Shown in pieces: positions 51,746-62,800 of a DNA stretch of 64,000 nucleotides (position 1 is its first letter; every line of letters begins with the position of its first letter). The stretch is taken from NCBI GenBank assembly GCA_050175015.1, contig JBFXJJ010000009.1:1-64000 (forward strand), in the 5' to 3' direction. The position numbers and the translations under genes were made by a program. Origin of the DNA: Alphaproteobacteria bacterium (GTDB lineage: Bacteria; Pseudomonadota; Alphaproteobacteria; JBFXJJ01). The notes beneath the pieces were generated by a model. That model had not been told where the DNA came from. It saw only the letters and a list, made by a program, of their open reading frames with translations, and made no database searches.

Positions 51746-54718
51746 TTGGGCTTTGGGGAGCATAAAAGAGATAGATTTAACTTATTTTTAAAAGCAGGGA
51801 CAAGTTTAACTGCCGCTGCTTTTATCTCTGGTGTGCCTTCAAAAGCAAAAGCTGTTCCGTTGTTTTTCGAAGATGATGCTATGGCGCCGTCATATTCTGA
51901 TTGGGGCGATACAGGGCTTCTTCAAATGCCTAACGCTAGAATGATGTCTGATGGCGATTTTGGTGTTGGTACGAGTTATATCGATCCCTACACCAGATAT
52001 TTTATCAATATTCAAGCTCTTCCTTGGCTTCAAGGCGTTTTTAGGTATACCTCGATTGATGGTGTTAGTTATAGTGCCAGCCACCCAGATCAAGACTACA
52101 AAGATAAAAGTTTAGATCTCAAAATAAGGCTTCTAAAAGAAAGAGAATATTTTCCAGAAACGTCAGTGGGATTAAGAGATATTGGCGGTACGGGGCTTTT
52201 CCAAAGTGAATATTTTGCATTTAGCAAAAGGTATCTTAACCTTGATGCAACCTTGGGGTTTGGCTTTGGCAATATGGGAACAAGGGAACAGATATCAAAT
52301 CCGTTTAAAAGTCTACTTGGAGATAGCTTTGGAACCAGAACAAGATCAAGTGGCACAGGAACGTTAAGTAACAGCTTTTTTAAAGGTGATAAGATTGGCG
52401 TTTTTGGTGGTTTAGAATACCAAACTTTTTATAAGCCAATAAGGTTAAAGTTAGAGTATGACAGCAATGATTATGCATCGGAGCCGAAAAGCGGATTAAA
52501 ATCAAATAGCTCGGTTAATTATGGCGTTCAATATAGTCCTACGGAGTGGCTCGATATTACGGGAGCATATGAACGTGGTGACCAATTTATGCTGCAAGCT
52601 AGCTTAAAGACAAACTTCAATAAAATTAAACCTATGCCAAAGTTCGATGAAAAACCTGCTCCGGTTTTAGCTGTTAGAAATTTAGGCAGAATAGCCTCTC
52701 GAGATGATGTCGAAACAAATTTAGATAAAAAACTGCCTGCTATTTCAAAAGATGACGGTTCATTTACTCAAAATACTAGAATAGAAGATGATTCTAAAAA
52801 AGCTAGAGAACCTTACTATGATAAAAAAGTTGATGATTTCTTTAGTGTTGTAGAATCTAAAGGTTTAGAAATACAGAATGTTATTTTTGAAAATAAAGAA
52901 ATAAAAATTTATGTTGCTCTTGCTGGAGAAAAGATTCCAACTTCTGGTGATATGGCGTACGCAGCAGACAAAATTCTGCTTTCTGAAATGGCTGACGGCT
53001 GCAATAAAGTTGTTTTTGTTGCTGTTAACAATAGTGGTGATGAAGCCGCCACGTCATATAGCAGGAGTGACATTAAAAGATCAACAGCTCTTACAGGAAG
53101 CCCTATCGCATTGGCTCCAGCCCTGCCAGCTAAATGGGCAGCTAATCTAATAAACAACAATACTTCTGACAATATTGAGGCAATATCTAATCAGGTTTTA
53201 GACAGCTTGGAAGGTCAAGGTATAACTTTTTCAGATATAGCGGTTGAGGGAAGCAAAATTGAAATTGAGGTTGTAGTTTATAATAATGTAAACACCTCAG
53301 CATACGATTTGACGGTTTCTCAAATAGATCAAAAAATAAATTCAGGTGTGTCGGATATAACCTTTGTTGAAGTTACGCCTGAGGGGAAAAAGGTTAGAGA
53401 AATTAACCGCTCTTTGACACTTAAGCACAACTTTGTTGCTGTTAATAATTATAATATTAATGGTGATGACAATGTTTTGCAAACAGGAGCAGTGCCTCGC
53501 GTTGAAACCAAAAAGATAGCAGAGAAAATTTTTGCTGATTTAGAAAAAATAGATTTTGAAGGTATAAATTTCGAAATCAAAGGCAAAGAGGCAACTCTTT
53601 ATTTTTCACAAAATGTTTTTAGAAATAAAGCGATTGCAATTGGCAGAGCTGCTAAGATAGTTGCTAATAACAGCCCTTATGATGTTGAACTTCTTTCCTT
53701 AGTCTTGGTTAAAAAGGGGCTGGCGACAACCAAGACAACAATTTATCGCAAAGATTTAGAAAAAGCAGCACTTAACAATATAAGTCCTGAAGAAATGATT
53801 ATTAATACGAGTTTTAAAGCGGTTGATTTTTCAGATGTTCAAAATTCGGTATCAAATGATAAAGTTTATCCTAAAATAAAATATGCACTTGAGCCTAAAC
53901 TGAGACAACATATCGGCGGTGGTGACAACTTCTATTTCTGGCAGGTTTTTGGAAATCTGGGAAGTGAAGTAGCTTTTGATAGAAATTGGTCTGTTGCAGG
54001 TAATCTTGGTATAAATATTTTTAATAACTTTGACGATATGGAAACAAAGCCGTCTAATAGTGTTCTGCCTCACGTTAGAAGTGATGTATCTCGATATATT
54101 AAAGGTAATGACATTTGGATAGATAATTTAAGCACGAGTTATGTTACTAATTTAGCGCCGAATTGGTATGCGGGAGCTTCAGCTGGTATTTTTGAAATGA
54201 TGTATGCGGGTGTTGGCGGCGAGATTTTATATTTTGATGAATTAAGAGATTTTGGAATAGGACTTGATGTTAATAGAGTAAAGCAGAGAGATTATTCTGG
54301 TGTTTTTGAATTCTTGCCGTATCAAACTACGACAGGACACCTAAGTCTTTATAATAAATGGCCAGTTTACAATATAGAAACAACGCTTAGTATTGGACGT
54401 TATTTAGCAAAAGACAATGGTGCAACGTTAAATGTTGCTAGAAATTTTGAAAGCGGAGTTAAGCTTGGAGTTTTTGCAACTAAAACTGATGTCTCGGCGC
54501 ACGAATTTGGTGAAGGCTCTTTTGACAAAGGCGTTTATGTTACAATTCCTCTTGACTTCTTTACGCCGAAATCAACGGCTAGTGTAAGTTCGTTCTCTTG
54601 GCGGCCATTATCACGTGATGGAGGTCAAATGTTAAGCAGACCAAAATCTTTATACGATATAGTATCTGATACCTCTAAAGATGATATTACCAAAGATTGG
54701 AATAAAGTAATGAAATAG
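51746..54718 (+). CDS. YjbH/GfcD family outer-membrane protein with internal expansion
   Basis: GLLQMPNARM, DKSLDLK, FGGLEYQT, LPHVRSD, FEMMYAGVGGE, GEGSFDKG, RDGGQML. Confidence 0.9.
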   Translation: MGFGEHKRDRFNLFLKAGTSLTAAAFISGVPSKAKAVPLFFEDDAMAPSYSDWGDTGLLQMPNARMMSDGDFGVGTSYIDPYTRYFINIQALPWLQGVFRYTSIDGVSYSASHPDQDYKDKSLDLKIRLLKEREYFPETSVGLRDIGGTGLFQSEYFAFSKRYLNLDATLGFGFGNMGTREQISNPFKSLLGDSFGTRTRSSGTGTLSNSFFKGDKIGVFGGLEYQTFYKPIRLKLEYDSNDYASEPKSGLKSNSSVNYGVQYSPTEWLDITGAYERGDQFMLQASLKTNFNKIKPMPKFDEKPAPVLAVRNLGRIASRDDVETNLDKKLPAISKDDGSFTQNTRIEDDSKKAREPYYDKKVDDFFSVVESKGLEIQNVIFENKEIKIYVALAGEKIPTSGDMAYAADKILLSEMADGCNKVVFVAVNNSGDEAATSYSRSDIKRSTALTGSPIALAPALPAKWAANLINNNTSDNIEAISNQVLDSLEGQGITFSDIAVEGSKIEIEVVVYNNVNTSAYDLTVSQIDQKINSGVSDITFVEVTPEGKKVREINRSLTLKHNFVAVNNYNINGDDNVLQTGAVPRVETKKIAEKIFADLEKIDFEGINFEIKGKEATLYFSQNVFRNKAIAIGRAAKIVANNSPYDVELLSLVLVKKGLATTKTTIYRKDLEKAALNNISPEEMIINTSFKAVDFSDVQNSVSNDKVYPKIKYALEPKLRQHIGGGDNFYFWQVFGNLGSEVAFDRNWSVAGNLGINIFNNFDDMETKPSNSVLPHVRSDVSRYIKGNDIWIDNLSTSYVTNLAPNWYAGASAGIFEMMYAGVGGEILYFDELRDFGIGLDVNRVKQRDYSGVFEFLPYQTTTGHLSLYNKWPVYNIETTLSIGRYLAKDNGATLNVARNFESGVKLGVFATKTDVSAHEFGEGSFDKGVYVTIPLDFFTPKSTASVSSFSWRPLSRDGGQMLSRPKSLYDIVSDTSKDDITKDWNKVMK

Positions 54719-54811
54719 GGTAAAAAACCTATTTGAAAAAAAAAGTAAAAGATGATAAACCTAAAATCAGATTATTTTTTTGTTACAACCTAAAAATTGA
54801 TAGGAATTTTT

Positions 54812-55210
54812 ATGCCTTTAAAAATAGAACTAAAACCACATGAAAAGATTATAGTTGGCGAAGCTCTTATTACTAATGACAGCGAAAGAACTCGTCTTTA
54901 CATTGAAGGAAATGCTCCTATTCTCAGAGAAAAATTTATTATGAGAGAAGCAGAAGCAAACACTCCTTGTAAAAAAGTTTATTATGTTGTTTTACAAATG
55001 TACCTTTCTAAAACGCCGATTAATCTCCATAATACTTATTTTAAACTTATTGGTGAAGTTCAGTCTGCGGCTCCAAGCTTAATGCCGATTATCCTTAAAA
55101 TAAATGATTCTATTCAAAGTGGTGAATATTATAATGCTATTAAACACTCTGATGAATTGATTAGTAAAGAAAAAGAAATTTTTGAAAAAGTAGGAATAGT
55201 AAATCCCTAA
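54812..55210 (+). CDS. flbT: Flagellin translation regulator FlbT
   Basis: MPLKIELKPHEKIIVG.ALITN, APILREK, ANTPCKKVYYVVLQMYL, GEYYNAIK. Confidence 0.85.
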   Translation: MPLKIELKPHEKIIVGEALITNDSERTRLYIEGNAPILREKFIMREAEANTPCKKVYYVVLQMYLSKTPINLHNTYFKLIGEVQSAAPSLMPIILKINDSIQSGEYYNAIKHSDELISKEKEIFEKVGIVNP

Positions 55211-56085
55211 TGTCCTCTAAGATAAAAAAAGTTATTTTTCCTGTTGCAGGTCTTGGCACAAGGTTTTTGCCAGCAACCAAAGCTATGCCTAAAGAAATGC
55301 TGCCAGTTGTTGATAAACCTCTTGTTCAATATGCGGTAGAAGAGGCAAGAGCTGCTGGTGTTGAACATTTTATCTTTGTTATAAGCAGAGGAAAATCAAT
55401 TATAGAAGACCATTTTGACTATGCTTTTGAATTAGAAAACACTCTTAAAGGCAAAGGTCGGGTAGATATTCTTGATAATCTTAAAGGATGCAGCCCTATA
55501 GCAGGCTCTTTTGCTTATACTAGGCAAGATGAAGCTAAAGGTTTGGGGCACGCTGTTTGGTGTGCTCGTAAGATGATTGGAAATGAACCTTTTGCTGTCA
55601 TTTTACCAGACGATTTATTTTTATCAAAAACACCAGTTTTGAAACAAATGGTTGATGTTTATGAGAAAAACGGCGGCAATTTGGTTGCGGTTGAAAATGT
55701 TCCAAGAGAACATACTTGTCGTTATGGTATTTTAGACATTGAAAATGACGATGGTATTCTTGCTAAAGCCAAAGGGTTAGTAGAGAAACCATCTCCTGAA
55801 AATGCCCCATCAACACTTTCAATTATAGGGCGATACATTTTAGATGCTAGCGTTTTTGATGAGCTGGAAAAACAGCAAAAAGGCGCAGGTGGAGAAATTC
55901 AGCTAACAGATGCTATTGCAAAAACAATGAGTAAAGTACCTTTTTATGGCTATCGCTTTGAGGGAAAGAGATTTGATTGCGGAGATAAAGTAGGGTTTTT
56001 AATGGCTAATGTGGAATTTGCACTTCAAAGAAGTGATTTAGGTCCTGAGTTTAAAAAAAGATTAAAAAAATCGCTAGATTTTTAA
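55210..56085 (+). CDS. galU: UTP--glucose-1-phosphate uridylyltransferase
   Basis: PVAGLGTRFLPATKAMPKEMLP, GLGHAVWCA, VEKP, GEIQLTDA. Confidence 0.96.
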   Translation: MSSKIKKVIFPVAGLGTRFLPATKAMPKEMLPVVDKPLVQYAVEEARAAGVEHFIFVISRGKSIIEDHFDYAFELENTLKGKGRVDILDNLKGCSPIAGSFAYTRQDEAKGLGHAVWCARKMIGNEPFAVILPDDLFLSKTPVLKQMVDVYEKNGGNLVAVENVPREHTCRYGILDIENDDGILAKAKGLVEKPSPENAPSTLSIIGRYILDASVFDELEKQQKGAGGEIQLTDAIAKTMSKVPFYGYRFEGKRFDCGDKVGFLMANVEFALQRSDLGPEFKKRLKKSLDF

Positions 56086-56091
56086 AAAGAT

Positions 56092-56121
56092 AAAAAAACA
56101 CCTAATTTTAGGTGTTTTTTT
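56092..56121. terminator. Terminator after galU
   Basis: AAAAAAACACCTAA-TT-TTAGGTGTTTTTTT. Confidence 0.75.
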
Positions 56122-56284
56122 GTTTTGCTGTTATTATTACAGTAAAGTCAAGGAAACTAGTATTTTACAGTTAATTTATAACTAAATAATATAGGTTTCA
56201 TTTTTTTGCCAAAAAGCAAATCTTAAAGAATAATTTTCAAAAAACAGCTAAATATATTGCTTCTAAAAAACAAAGGGATAGAAA

Positions 56285-56806
56285 TTGGATTTAAGTAATA
56301 TCAAATATAAAAATAAAAGCCCTCAGATTGCAGAGAATGTTTTTATCGCTCCTAACGCCGTTGTTGCTGGCGATGTAACAATTAATGATAACGCTAATAT
56401 TTGGTTTAATGTTGTTTTAAGGGGTGATGTTAATAAAATAACCGTCGGCAAAAATACTAACATTCAAGATGGTACCGTAGTTCACGTTGGTAGAAATGAA
56501 GGGGGTGAAACGGTCATTGGCGATAATATTACGATTGGACATTCGGCAGTAATCCACGCTTGTAAGTTAGAAGATGGTTGTTTTGTTGGTATGCAGGCTC
56601 TTGTTCTGGATAGAGCGGTTGTTAGAAAAAATGCGTTTGTTGCGGCAGGTTCTCTGGTTGTTGGCGGGACTATAATTCCTGAAGGGGAATTGTGGGCAGG
56701 GCGTCCAGCTAAATTTTTAAGGAAAGTAAGACCAGAAGAATTTGATTTTATGAAAGATAATATTGAGGTTTACTTGAATCTTGCTAAAGAATATCAAGGA
56801 ATTTGA
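56285..56806 (+). CDS. Gamma-class carbonic anhydrase family protein (YrdA-like)
   Basis: Hexapeptide repeats; VLRGDVN, NIQDGTVVH, IGHSAVIHAC, GRPAKF.R. Confidence 0.92.
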   Translation: MDLSNIKYKNKSPQIAENVFIAPNAVVAGDVTINDNANIWFNVVLRGDVNKITVGKNTNIQDGTVVHVGRNEGGETVIGDNITIGHSAVIHACKLEDGCFVGMQALVLDRAVVRKNAFVAAGSLVVGGTIIPEGELWAGRPAKFLRKVRPEEFDFMKDNIEVYLNLAKEYQGI

Positions 56807-56808
56807 GC

Positions 56809-56924
56809 AGCATATAGCTAAAAGGTTCTTGTTTTTGCCTTAAGGACAAGCATTAACAGGTAAGTTTTTACTTTTGTAAAAGTGAAAGCAAAACTTCTAT
56901 ACAACAAAATGAAATATGCTCTAA
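56809..56924 (+). repeat. REP/MITE-like repeat, copy 3
   Basis: 56833-56898 aligns to the reverse complement of 57101-57166; ends TGCTCTAA; left boundary uncertain. Confidence 0.6.
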
Positions 56925-56952
56925 GACAATGAAAAGTTTATTTTGCTAAATT

Positions 56953-57203
56953 TTAGAGCAATGTTCATTTAAATAGAAACACTTTATTAAAAAATTTGCT
57001 TACGCAAACTAAGATTTTTTTTGTAAAAAAATCCTTAGCAATCTCAAAAAACTATTTTTATTACTTTCAAATCTTTGTTTACAAAAAGGGTTAAGAATAA
57101 TAAAAGTTTTGCCTTTGCTTTTATAAAAGCAAAAACTGCCTGCTTAAGGCTTGCCGTAAGGCAAAATAAAAAGGTGCGTACAATTAAATGCACAATGCTC
57201 TAA
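56953..57203 (-). mobile_element. MITE-like element (251 bp) with TTAGAGCA terminal inverted repeats, containing repeat copy 4
   Basis: Left end TTAGAGCAATGTTCATTTAA versus right end (reverse complement) TTAGAGCATTGTGCATTTAA, 18/20; no ORF. Confidence 0.55.
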
Positions 57204-57207
57204 TGAT

Positions 57208-57240
57208 AAAAAAAGGGCAACTTATTAAAGTCGCCCTTTT
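57208..57240 (-). terminator. Terminator after pepF
   Basis: AAAAAAAGGGCAACTT..AAGTCGCCCTTTT. Confidence 0.6.
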
Positions 57241-57297
57241 AAATCGTTATACATAGGCGGAAAGTCCTATAAAACGCTATAAGTAGAGTTAATATTT

Positions 57298-59184
57298 TTA
57301 ACGCTGCTTGTTATTTAAGGCTTTGGCCGCAACATTTTTTTCAACTTTAGCTGGAGCCTTGGCTGGTTGTTGCGTCTTTGTTTTATCCATACCTAATTCA
57401 TCAGTAAGTTTTTCAAGTTCATCAACAAACCCAGAAATAACTTTTAAGCCTTTGTCCCAAAAATCTGGTTTAGAAGCATCTAAGCCAAAAGGAGCAAGCA
57501 TTTCTTTATGTTTTTCGGTGCCGCCCTTAGAAAGCATTTCTAGGTATTTGCCTTGGAAGTCAGAAACTTTGCCATCTTCATAAGTTTTATAAAGAGAGTT
57601 AACAAGGCAGTCTCCGAAAGCATAAGCATATACGTAGAAAGGGGTATGAATCATATGAGGGATACGTCCCCAGCCTGTTTCAGACACTTCCGTTTGATTA
57701 ACACTTGGGCCAGAGCTGTCTTTTTGATGTTTTGACCAAATAGCATTTAAACGTTCAACTGAAAGCTCACCATTCTCGCGGCGTTCTTTATGCACATCGG
57801 TTTCGTAACTATGAAATGCTATTTGTGTTACGGCGGTGCCTAACATATCGCTGGTTTTTTCAGCTAACATCGAAAAACGTTTTTTAGGATCTTTTTCTTC
57901 TTTGAGCATTGATTTAAAGGTAAGCATTTCACCAAAAACTGAAGCCGTTTCAGCTAAAGTTAAAGGAGTATCTGCCATTAAATCGCCACGTTCTTTCGCA
58001 AGATATTGGTGAACACCGTGCCCTAATTCGTGAGCAAGCGTCATAACATCACCAGCTCTGCCTTGGAAGTTTAAAAGAATATAGGGGTGAGATTCTTGTA
58101 CTCCGGGCATTGAATAAGCTCCAGATCTTTTTCCTTCTTTCGGTGCAACATCAATCCAGTTGTTATCAAAGAATTTTTTCCCAATCTCTGCCATTTCAGG
58201 CGAAAATTCACCAAAAGCCTTAAGAACGATTCTTTTAGCATCATCAAAAGAATACTTGGTTTCTGGAATATCTGGAATTGGAGCGTGCTTATCCCAAGAT
58301 TCTAATTTTTCAAGTCCCAGCCATTTTGCTTTTAAGGCATAATAGCGGTGAGAGGTATTCGCATAATTGTTTTTAACTGAAGAAACAAGAGCATCAACAA
58401 CTTCATTCTCAACATTATTGCCAAGATTTCTTGATTCATAAGGTTCTTTGAAACCGCGCCATTCATCATCAACTTTTTTATCAAGAGCAAGGGTGTTGGT
58501 AACAAAAGCAAAAAATTTAGCCTTTTCGTTAAGAACTTTGCTTCTGGCCTTGGCTGCTTTTTCGCGCATTTCACGATCTGGGTTTTCAAAAAGTGCGCTG
58601 ACTTCTGTTTCGGTATACTGCTTGCCGTCGATGTTATAACGTAAATCGGAAAGGGTTTCATCATAAAGACGAATAATTGCAGAATGACCTGTCATAGCTT
58701 TTTGCTGTGACATTTTTTCTAAATCATCAGATAAGTCGTGTTTGCGGAAAGATCTAACATTATCAAGCCAAGGTTTGTAATGGGCAACATTAGGATTTGC
58801 CATTTTTTCTGCTAAATTTTCGTCAGAAAGACGATTGATTTCTAGGCTGTAAAAAAGGGTTTTGCTTCCAATATCGGTCGACTTTTCTTCGAATCCTTGA
58901 TAAAAGCCCATAATCTTTTCATCATTAAGGCTGGTTGAGCGTAGCAAGTAGGCGTATGCTCCCATTTTGCCGAGAAGACCTGATATTTTTTCATATTCTT
59001 CAACCGATTTGGCAAAATCTTCACCAGAAAGATTTTTAAGATTGCCTTGATACCTTTTAGCAAATCTTTCGGAAAGAGTTGCGGCTTTGGCTAAATCATT
59101 TTTGAATTCTTGTGAATCTGGGCTTGGATAAAGGTCTGTTAAGTCCCAGTTTGGCATTGCTTGGCTGTTATCTTGTTCGCTCAT
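57298..59184 (-). CDS. pepF: M3 family oligoendopeptidase F with extra basic C-terminal tail
   Basis: PNWDLTDLY, GKRSGAY, HPYILLN, AHELGHGVH (HExxH), AETAS, PFYVYAYAFG. Confidence 0.9.
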   Translation of the reverse strand: MSEQDNSQAMPNWDLTDLYPSPDSQEFKNDLAKAATLSERFAKRYQGNLKNLSGEDFAKSVEEYEKISGLLGKMGAYAYLLRSTSLNDEKIMGFYQGFEEKSTDIGSKTLFYSLEINRLSDENLAEKMANPNVAHYKPWLDNVRSFRKHDLSDDLEKMSQQKAMTGHSAIIRLYDETLSDLRYNIDGKQYTETEVSALFENPDREMREKAAKARSKVLNEKAKFFAFVTNTLALDKKVDDEWRGFKEPYESRNLGNNVENEVVDALVSSVKNNYANTSHRYYALKAKWLGLEKLESWDKHAPIPDIPETKYSFDDAKRIVLKAFGEFSPEMAEIGKKFFDNNWIDVAPKEGKRSGAYSMPGVQESHPYILLNFQGRAGDVMTLAHELGHGVHQYLAKERGDLMADTPLTLAETASVFGEMLTFKSMLKEEKDPKKRFSMLAEKTSDMLGTAVTQIAFHSYETDVHKERRENGELSVERLNAIWSKHQKDSSGPSVNQTEVSETGWGRIPHMIHTPFYVYAYAFGDCLVNSLYKTYEDGKVSDFQGKYLEMLSKGGTEKHKEMLAPFGLDASKPDFWDKGLKVISGFVDELEKLTDELGMDKTKTQQPAKAPAKVEKNVAAKALNNKQR

Positions 59185-59372
59185 AAAAAACTCCCACTAG
59201 TTATTTTTTTGAATATAGCAAAATACGTTGAATAATAATTCAAAGATAACCACTAAAACCAGCATAAAAAGGTTCAGTTTTTTTCTTAAAACTTCTATGC
59301 AAATATTTTTTAATAGCTACATCTATTAATATTAATAACCGTTTTTGTCTTTTTTTGCAAACGTCTTTTGTC

Positions 59373-59412
59373 AAAAAAGTCCTGCTGTTGCAAAAATACC
59401 GCAGGACTTTTT
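59373..59412 (-). terminator. Terminator after trxA
   Basis: AAAAAAGTCCTGC...GCAGGACTTTTT. Confidence 0.75.
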
Positions 59413-59441
59413 AATTTATTTAGCGATGATATAATGAAATA

Positions 59442-59759
59442 TTATTTAATTTCAGAATTAAGCCATTGTAAAATTTGAGTTTTAGGAAGAGCTCCTACTT
59501 TAGTAGAAACCTGTTGACCATCTTTAAAAAGAATCATAGTTGGAATGCCTCTTATTCCATATTTGGTCGGAGTTTCTGGAGCGTGGTCAATGTTCATTTT
59601 GACAATCTTAACTTTGCCTTCTAATTCTTTTGAAACTTCTTCTAAAACAGGGCCAAGTTGGCGGCAAGGGCCACACCATTCTGCCCAGAAGTCAACTAGG
59701 ACATTGGTTTTTTCATTTAAAACTTCGGCCTCAAAGGTGGTATCATTAATTTCTTGCAT
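59442..59759 (-). CDS. trxA: Thioredoxin
   Basis: VDFWAEWCGPC, GIRGIPT. Confidence 0.97.
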   Translation of the reverse strand: MQEINDTTFEAEVLNEKTNVLVDFWAEWCGPCRQLGPVLEEVSKELEGKVKIVKMNIDHAPETPTKYGIRGIPTMILFKDGQQVSTKVGALPKTQILQWLNSEIK

Positions 59760-59834
59760 AGGGGTTTTTACCTTTCAAAAGTTATTTAGATATATCTAAT
59801 GTAGTTAGTCGGTATAAAAAAATCAACCCATCTT

Positions 59835-62800
59835 TTATAATATATTATCAGGAATTTCCATAAGTATTGGAATTGCTGTCCAAATTATAGCACATTTTAT
59901 TTTTTTTCTAGGATATATCTGCATAATGGCATCTTTATAAGAAGACATTTGATAAAGATAAATGGGCGGTATTTCGGCAATAGTTTTAGGCGGCATACGT
60001 GAAGTTTTATAATCTATAATAAAGACTTCATCATCTGTTACTAAGAGTCGATCGATTTTTCCTGAAATAATATTCTTGCCAACTAATCCTGTTATTCCGA
60101 CTTCTGCTCTTGACTGCGCGTTTTTAAAAATTTCACAAAAACTGGGATTGTTAATAACATCAAACGTTTCTTTTATAATGTTATTAAGCTCTATTTCAGT
60201 GCAGTTTCCCGCATTTTTTCTTAAATAAAATAATGCAGATTTTTCTCTTTGCGAAGGTTCTATTTCAGGCAGAATTTGTAGTAGTTTATGTATCAGGTTA
60301 CCTTTTAGAAACTTTTTGCCCGCATCATCTCTTAAGGGAGAAAAAACAGACGGTTCTTCAAGATTTGGTTTGGAAGGAGCCAACGGCCTTGGCGGGGTTG
60401 GTTCTTTTTCAGGGTTGCTGGTTAACCACGATGGTAGATTAAGGTTTGTTGCGCTGATTACTAAGGGGGTGTTTTTTTCAGGCAGAGTAATTTCTTGAGG
60501 ACAAGATAGCCGCAGAATCTCACTTGGAATTTCATCGTTGTAATTTTTTAAAAACTCATTTGTTTCTTTTTCTGCTATAGGTTCGATTCCTTTTTTAACT
60601 AAATCAATCCAAGAATCGTTTTGAAGTTTGCCGTAACCGCAAATGTAAAGCCTATCCTCAGCCCTAGTCATAGCAACATATAACAGCCTTTTGTATTCTT
60701 CAAAAAGACGGTCTTTTCTATATGTAATCAAGCTATCAATAAAGTCATTTTTTAAGCTTGAATATGGTTTCCATATCAAAACATCATTAAGCGTAAAAAT
60801 GTTTTTTTCTTTCGAATATGATGGTTTTTTGGTTGTGTCTGGAAGAAAAACAATCGGAGCCTGTAAACCTTTAGCTCCGTGAACCGTCATAATTCTAACC
60901 ATATTAGAAGAGTTTTTTTCTAAATCTCTTTTAATCATAGTTTCATCAGTTTCCAGCCATAAAACAAAACTTTGCAGCGATGGAATATGTTCTTTTTCAT
61001 ATAACAAAGTCAGATTTAAAAGCTCATCAAGGCAGTCTTCGGCTTCAAAACCAAGTCTTGAGACAATCTTTTTTCTGCCATTTAAGACGTTTAGAATATA
61101 AGCAAACAGTTCATATGGACGTATAAAATCCGTTTTATTTAAAAGATGGTTTAAATAATCATACGCCTTGCCAAGATTAGAGTTTTCTCCGTTATGTTTT
61201 TTCAAACTTTCCCATAAGGTCAAATGACCTCGGTTATATGCAACTTCAAACAACTCTTCTTCACTAATATCTATCAGCGGACTTCTCAGAGCTTCGGCTA
61301 AAGAAAGATTATCCTCTGGAAGCAGCAAAAATTTAGCCAAAGATAACAAATCCATAACGGCGATTTGTTCGGTTAGCTTCATACGATCTGCGCCAGAAGT
61401 AGCGACTTTAAGATTTTTTAATTCTTTGATTAAATCTTCAACCAAACCGTTGCGCTGTTTTACCAAAATCATAATATCTTTAGGTTCAATCGGTCTGTTT
61501 TGAGATAATAAAAGCTCCTTATTATCAATCATATCAGCAATTTTTTGTGCTATGAGTTTTGCCAGTCTTTTTTGTGGTGAAGGCAGAGTAAAACGTTCAA
61601 CTGGCGGCTGCCAAGGTTCTGCGGGCTGTTCCTTATAAGGTTCAATAACGGGCCACAACTCAACAAGTCCGCTTTCGCCAACACGGAAAGGAATATGAAT
61701 CGGACTTTCATCTTTATCTAGAACCCCTTTTTGGTTTTCTGGAATAGAAAAAGTTTCATTTACAGCTTGAAGAACAGCTCGAGTTGAACGGAAAGAAATA
61801 TCAAGATTAATATCATTCCAATGATGATTAGAACTTTCAGCCTTATCTTTTAAAAGATTCTTCATCAAAGAAAAGCCCGCTGGATCTGCGCCTTGAAAAC
61901 TGAATATTGATTGTTTCTTATCACCAACAGCAAAAATAGTTCGATTGTTCTTTTTGGCGCCATCTCCTGCAAAAAACTCAGAAGACAAAGCTTCAATTAT
62001 AGACCATTGTTGAGGATTGGTATCTTGAGCCTCATCAACTAAAATATGGTCTATGCCAGCATCAAGTTTATATAAAACCCAAGCCGCCGTTTCTTTATTT
62101 CTTAACAAATCCGATGTTATGGCAATTAAATCATCATAATCAAGCAAAGCATTTAATTTTTTGTGTTTTTCATATTGCATTATGATTTCTTTGCTTATCG
62201 CAAAAAGCGCCGATGACGCCTTATAAATCGTTAAGGTATCAATCTTAGAAATAAATTTTAGATGTTTGTCCGCTTCTTCATATAAAAGTTCTTTTATGTC
62301 AGGGTGTTTTTTTAGAGCATTAGATCTTTCCCTGCTCCTTACATCTAAATCTTTTCTTAAAAAGCAGTTGCGATATTCTTCATAAAGCTGTTTTTTCCCT
62401 TCCAAAGATGCCTCAAGCCAAAGCTTTATAGTTTTACCGTCTTCTATTTCCGTCTTTGCTGAACTGCTTAAAAAGGCATCTGCCATTTTAATAAGGTTGG
62501 GCTTATTATCTTGTTCTATGAAGAAACTTAAGAATAAAGAATCAAAATTTTCGCCTTGTGATATGTTTAACTCTTTTTGCAAGGCGGTTTCAAACTGTTC
62601 AATATTTTCATATTTTATTGCCAAATCTAATATCTGATGGCGATTGCTTAAAACATTGTTGATAATATCATCAAAACGGCTTTCAGGCGAAAGTTCGGCA
62701 ACGGTTTTTAAGGCATCAGCAATTTCAACATAATTTTTATATTGTGATTTTAAAAAGACATCATTTTTAGCATCGCTCATAATCTCTAAAGCATCACGGT

